Shown: positions 61,220 to 64,000 of the stretch, piece by piece
Position numbering within the stretch: position 1 is the stretch's first letter
How the letters are laid out: every line of letters starts with the position of its first letter
Assembly (NCBI RefSeq): GCF_963853765.1
Contig: NC_088858.1
Span: 14,632,001 to 14,696,000, forward strand
Direction: 5' to 3'
DNA from: Magallana gigas
Lineage: Eukaryota
Length of the DNA: 64,000 bases
Translations under genes and position numbers: made by a program
Notes under the pieces: model-generated
The model's database searches: none
What the model was told of the DNA's origin: nothing
What the model saw: only the letters and a program-made list of their open reading frames with translations

Positions 61220-63283
61220 ATGACAAAAAGAAAAAGACCAGTTAAAAGTAATGGACATGAAGAAGAAAAAATAGGAAGGATTGTGTGGGCCCAGGTAAAA
61301 GGTGTCCCCAGAACAATGATGTGGCCTGTAAGGCTTGAAGGGGTGGAGAATGGAGGCAAATATACAGTGTTTTGCAATGCTGACCAAGCTATGTAAGTTT
61401 ACTGCCATATCTATCCAGTTTTACGTTGATTAGCTCACCAGAGCCAAAGAATAGCAAAATAGCATGAAGGGATTTAAAGTTGATTCATACCATCTCCCCC
61501 TGGTGTCAGAGAGGGTCCACAATTAGAGGCAGTGGTCCAATTTTACATAGAAATATATAGGAAAAAATCCTCTGAAGAGTATGTGGCTATAATTTTTAAA
61601 ATAATATGGAAGCAAGTTAGTATGAGAGGTTTCAGGTTTGTTTAGACCATGACCATTACCCCCCTCCCCCCCAGGAGGTTTTGATGGGACCAAAATGTGG
61701 GGAAGTGTCAAAATTTGATAAAGTCTTACCAGCATATTAGAAACATCTGAAGAACAAGGGTACAATTGTCAAACTAATATTAGACACAAGCTAATATATT
61801 GACGATTCAAGTTTCTTTACACAATGACCCTCGAGTCAGAAAGGGGCCACAATTGGGGTTCAAATTTAAATGCATAGAAATTATAGGAAAAAAATTGAGT
61901 AATTTTAAATCAGTTATTTGTTAAACATGTTAAATAACTATGCAAGTAAGATTGTATCTAGAAAAGTTCTTTATTCTTCCATGACCCTTAAAGATGAACA
62001 TTGCTCGTAAATAGGCACTGGCACACAGGGACCTGGTATATAAACCCTTCAATTTCGTTACACCCGATTGCACACCTGAGACTTGTGGCCGACGTGTGGT
62101 ATTACTTCCGTGGTCTTTGGATTTTATGCATTTATTTCTTATTCATGTGCATATTCTGTTTGTAAATAATGCATTGACCAATTTATTTGGTGTTAGTATT
62201 CTCATGGATTGGAAAAAAAGTGTGTAAAATTTGATAATTTAATTGCGACTGAGTAACACGGCGTGGTAGGATGTACGTCCACACAGGTGAGACCTCTACA
62301 GCAAAGTACTTTGAACTGTTTAGAGGTCTGTATCTTGTATAGCGGTTGTACGGACAACAGTGATGAAAGGGAAATATGGCGGACAGTGCCTATTTACGAG
62401 CGGTGTTCAGCTTTAATGATCAGACAGGGAATCCATAGATTTTAACCTAGATAAATATAGCGTGTGTAGGGCATGATGATATGGAAATGAGCTAGTTTTC
62501 AAAATTTTAAAGTTGTTTACCCAGCGTGAGGGGTATGAAAAATGGACACGATGAGGACTCAAAGTTTTTCATCAAATTATATAGACAAATGTTACGCTTT
62601 AGAATAGGAAGGCTATAATTTTTAAAATTGTTTCTCAGGTCAGCAATGAGGCCCATGGCTTTTTTTTTTTTTTTTTTTTTATTATACAGAGCATCGATCA
62701 CCAAAAAGTATCTGTTTTGCATAGTGTATAGTTAATTTTTTTTTCAATCAGAGGTTGAACTTCCATGTTTCATTTTACAGTTTGACTGCAACAAAAGTGG
62801 AATCATTTTCAGAAATAAAAAAATGGCAGGAGAAAGGCATACGTAATAAATGTGTTTTGAATTTCAGTTCATTTGAATGATGACGAAGGTTGGACACAAA
62901 ACTCAAGTTTTTTAGTTAAAAAATTATTGGTTCTCTAAATTGCCTGTTGGAAATTTTCTTCCATTAGGTGCCCTCAAACTTTAATTTTTCTTCAAAAGTT
63001 CGACAGGTTTGGTACAAAATCATGCTACAGCTAAGTAAAAAAAAAAAAAGCAAAACCATGTCTGCTGCATAAATGTTGAATTTTTTGGCCTGAGAAACTA
63101 AAGATTAATTTTTTTTTAAGCCTACATCATTATGGAGAAAAATGCCTCTACAAATGTTTGAAATTTTTGGTTCTATGGTCTAGAGGTTGTTAATTTGGTC
63201 AAAATGAATATTGTTGTGTCATTAATTTTCATTGGCAACAATGCTATATCTCTCTTTTAGGCCAACCTAAGAAAGTTGCAGTG
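61220..63283 (+). CDS. PWWP-like domain protein, 5' part (continues beyond window)
   Basis: Exon 61218-61392: MTKRKRP...GRIVWAQVKGVPRTMMWPVRL...KYTVFCNADQA with a phase-2 GTAAGT donor. Tentative next exons are 62781-62842 (LTATKVESFSEIKKWQEKGI) and 63261-63283. Confidence 0.6.
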
Positions 63284-64000
63284 GTAACTAATTCTGCATT
63301 ATTTTATCTATGATAGCTCTGACTAAAGGACTAAAGGAAAGTTTTGTGTCGATCCTTTATAGATGTTTATACAATGTGTGTGCATTTAAATCAATGTGAT
63401 TTCAGCATATTGCGTATAGAATATTCACTATATGGAGAGGGGAATCGGAAATATTCTTAGACCGTTTACTTTTGACTTGTCATTTGTTGAATGCACTTTT
63501 GTAAACACTGCTGCTTTAGATAAACACTTATTTAGTATTAAGTTGTAAGCTTACAAAGCACAGTTTAATTGTGAATGTAAATTCAACGAACATGAAGCAC
63601 CAGGATTTGGTTGCAAGGATCAACAGTAATTAATCTAAATTTCTGATTCACACTCTTCATATAGTGATAGAGGTACCTTTGACTTCATATCGAGTATAAT
63701 TGATTGATAGGCCCACATTTCTAAACGCTGCAGTCCACATTCACTTTTTTTAAATATGAGAGTTCCAAGAAATATTTTCAGGAAGGTTCTACAATAGAAC
63801 TATAAAAATGTGAAAAATTGTACTTGCTGTTGTGAATGGTTAAAATTTTAAAGTGGTGAGAAATTGACATAGGGTCTTCTGTAACATGTATTGGATACAA
63901 ATGCAGTTATTGTGGTACATTGAATTGGGCCCTGAGAGTCATCCCCATCCTATTTTTGGAAGGGGGGGGGGGGTACTTTGTATCGGGCATTTCAGTAATA

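Overview
AT-rich, intron-rich animal genomic DNA with four N gaps. It is probably a bivalve, most likely an oyster (inferred from a pearl/166-bp-satellite-type element). There are no prokaryotic features. Genes were rebuilt by hand from splice sites and intron phases. In order: two tandem GH65 PGGHG-like glucosidases with signal peptides (-; copy 1 runs off the window start), cardiolipin synthase CRLS1 (+), an ankyrin-repeat/SOCS-box protein (-), a single-coding-exon class A peptide GPCR (+), MEMO1 (-), a 9-exon 297-aa gene (+), an AP-4 mu-like gene with only its C-terminal half visible (-), and the start of a divergent PWWP-like gene (+). The 297-aa gene is the most striking feature. It joins an Akt/PKB-type PH domain with intact phosphoinositide-binding residues, in frame, to a degenerate glucosamine-6-phosphate N-acetyltransferase (GNPNAT1/GNA1) domain, and has no kinase domain. 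Introns and intergenic DNA hold many non-autonomous elements: Kolobok-type TTAA MITEs, Crypton-like hairpin elements, a foldback-like element, a pearl/HINE-like element with a 166-bp array, tRNA-derived SINE heads and a LINE 3' end. All homology calls come from motif recognition, not from database searches.
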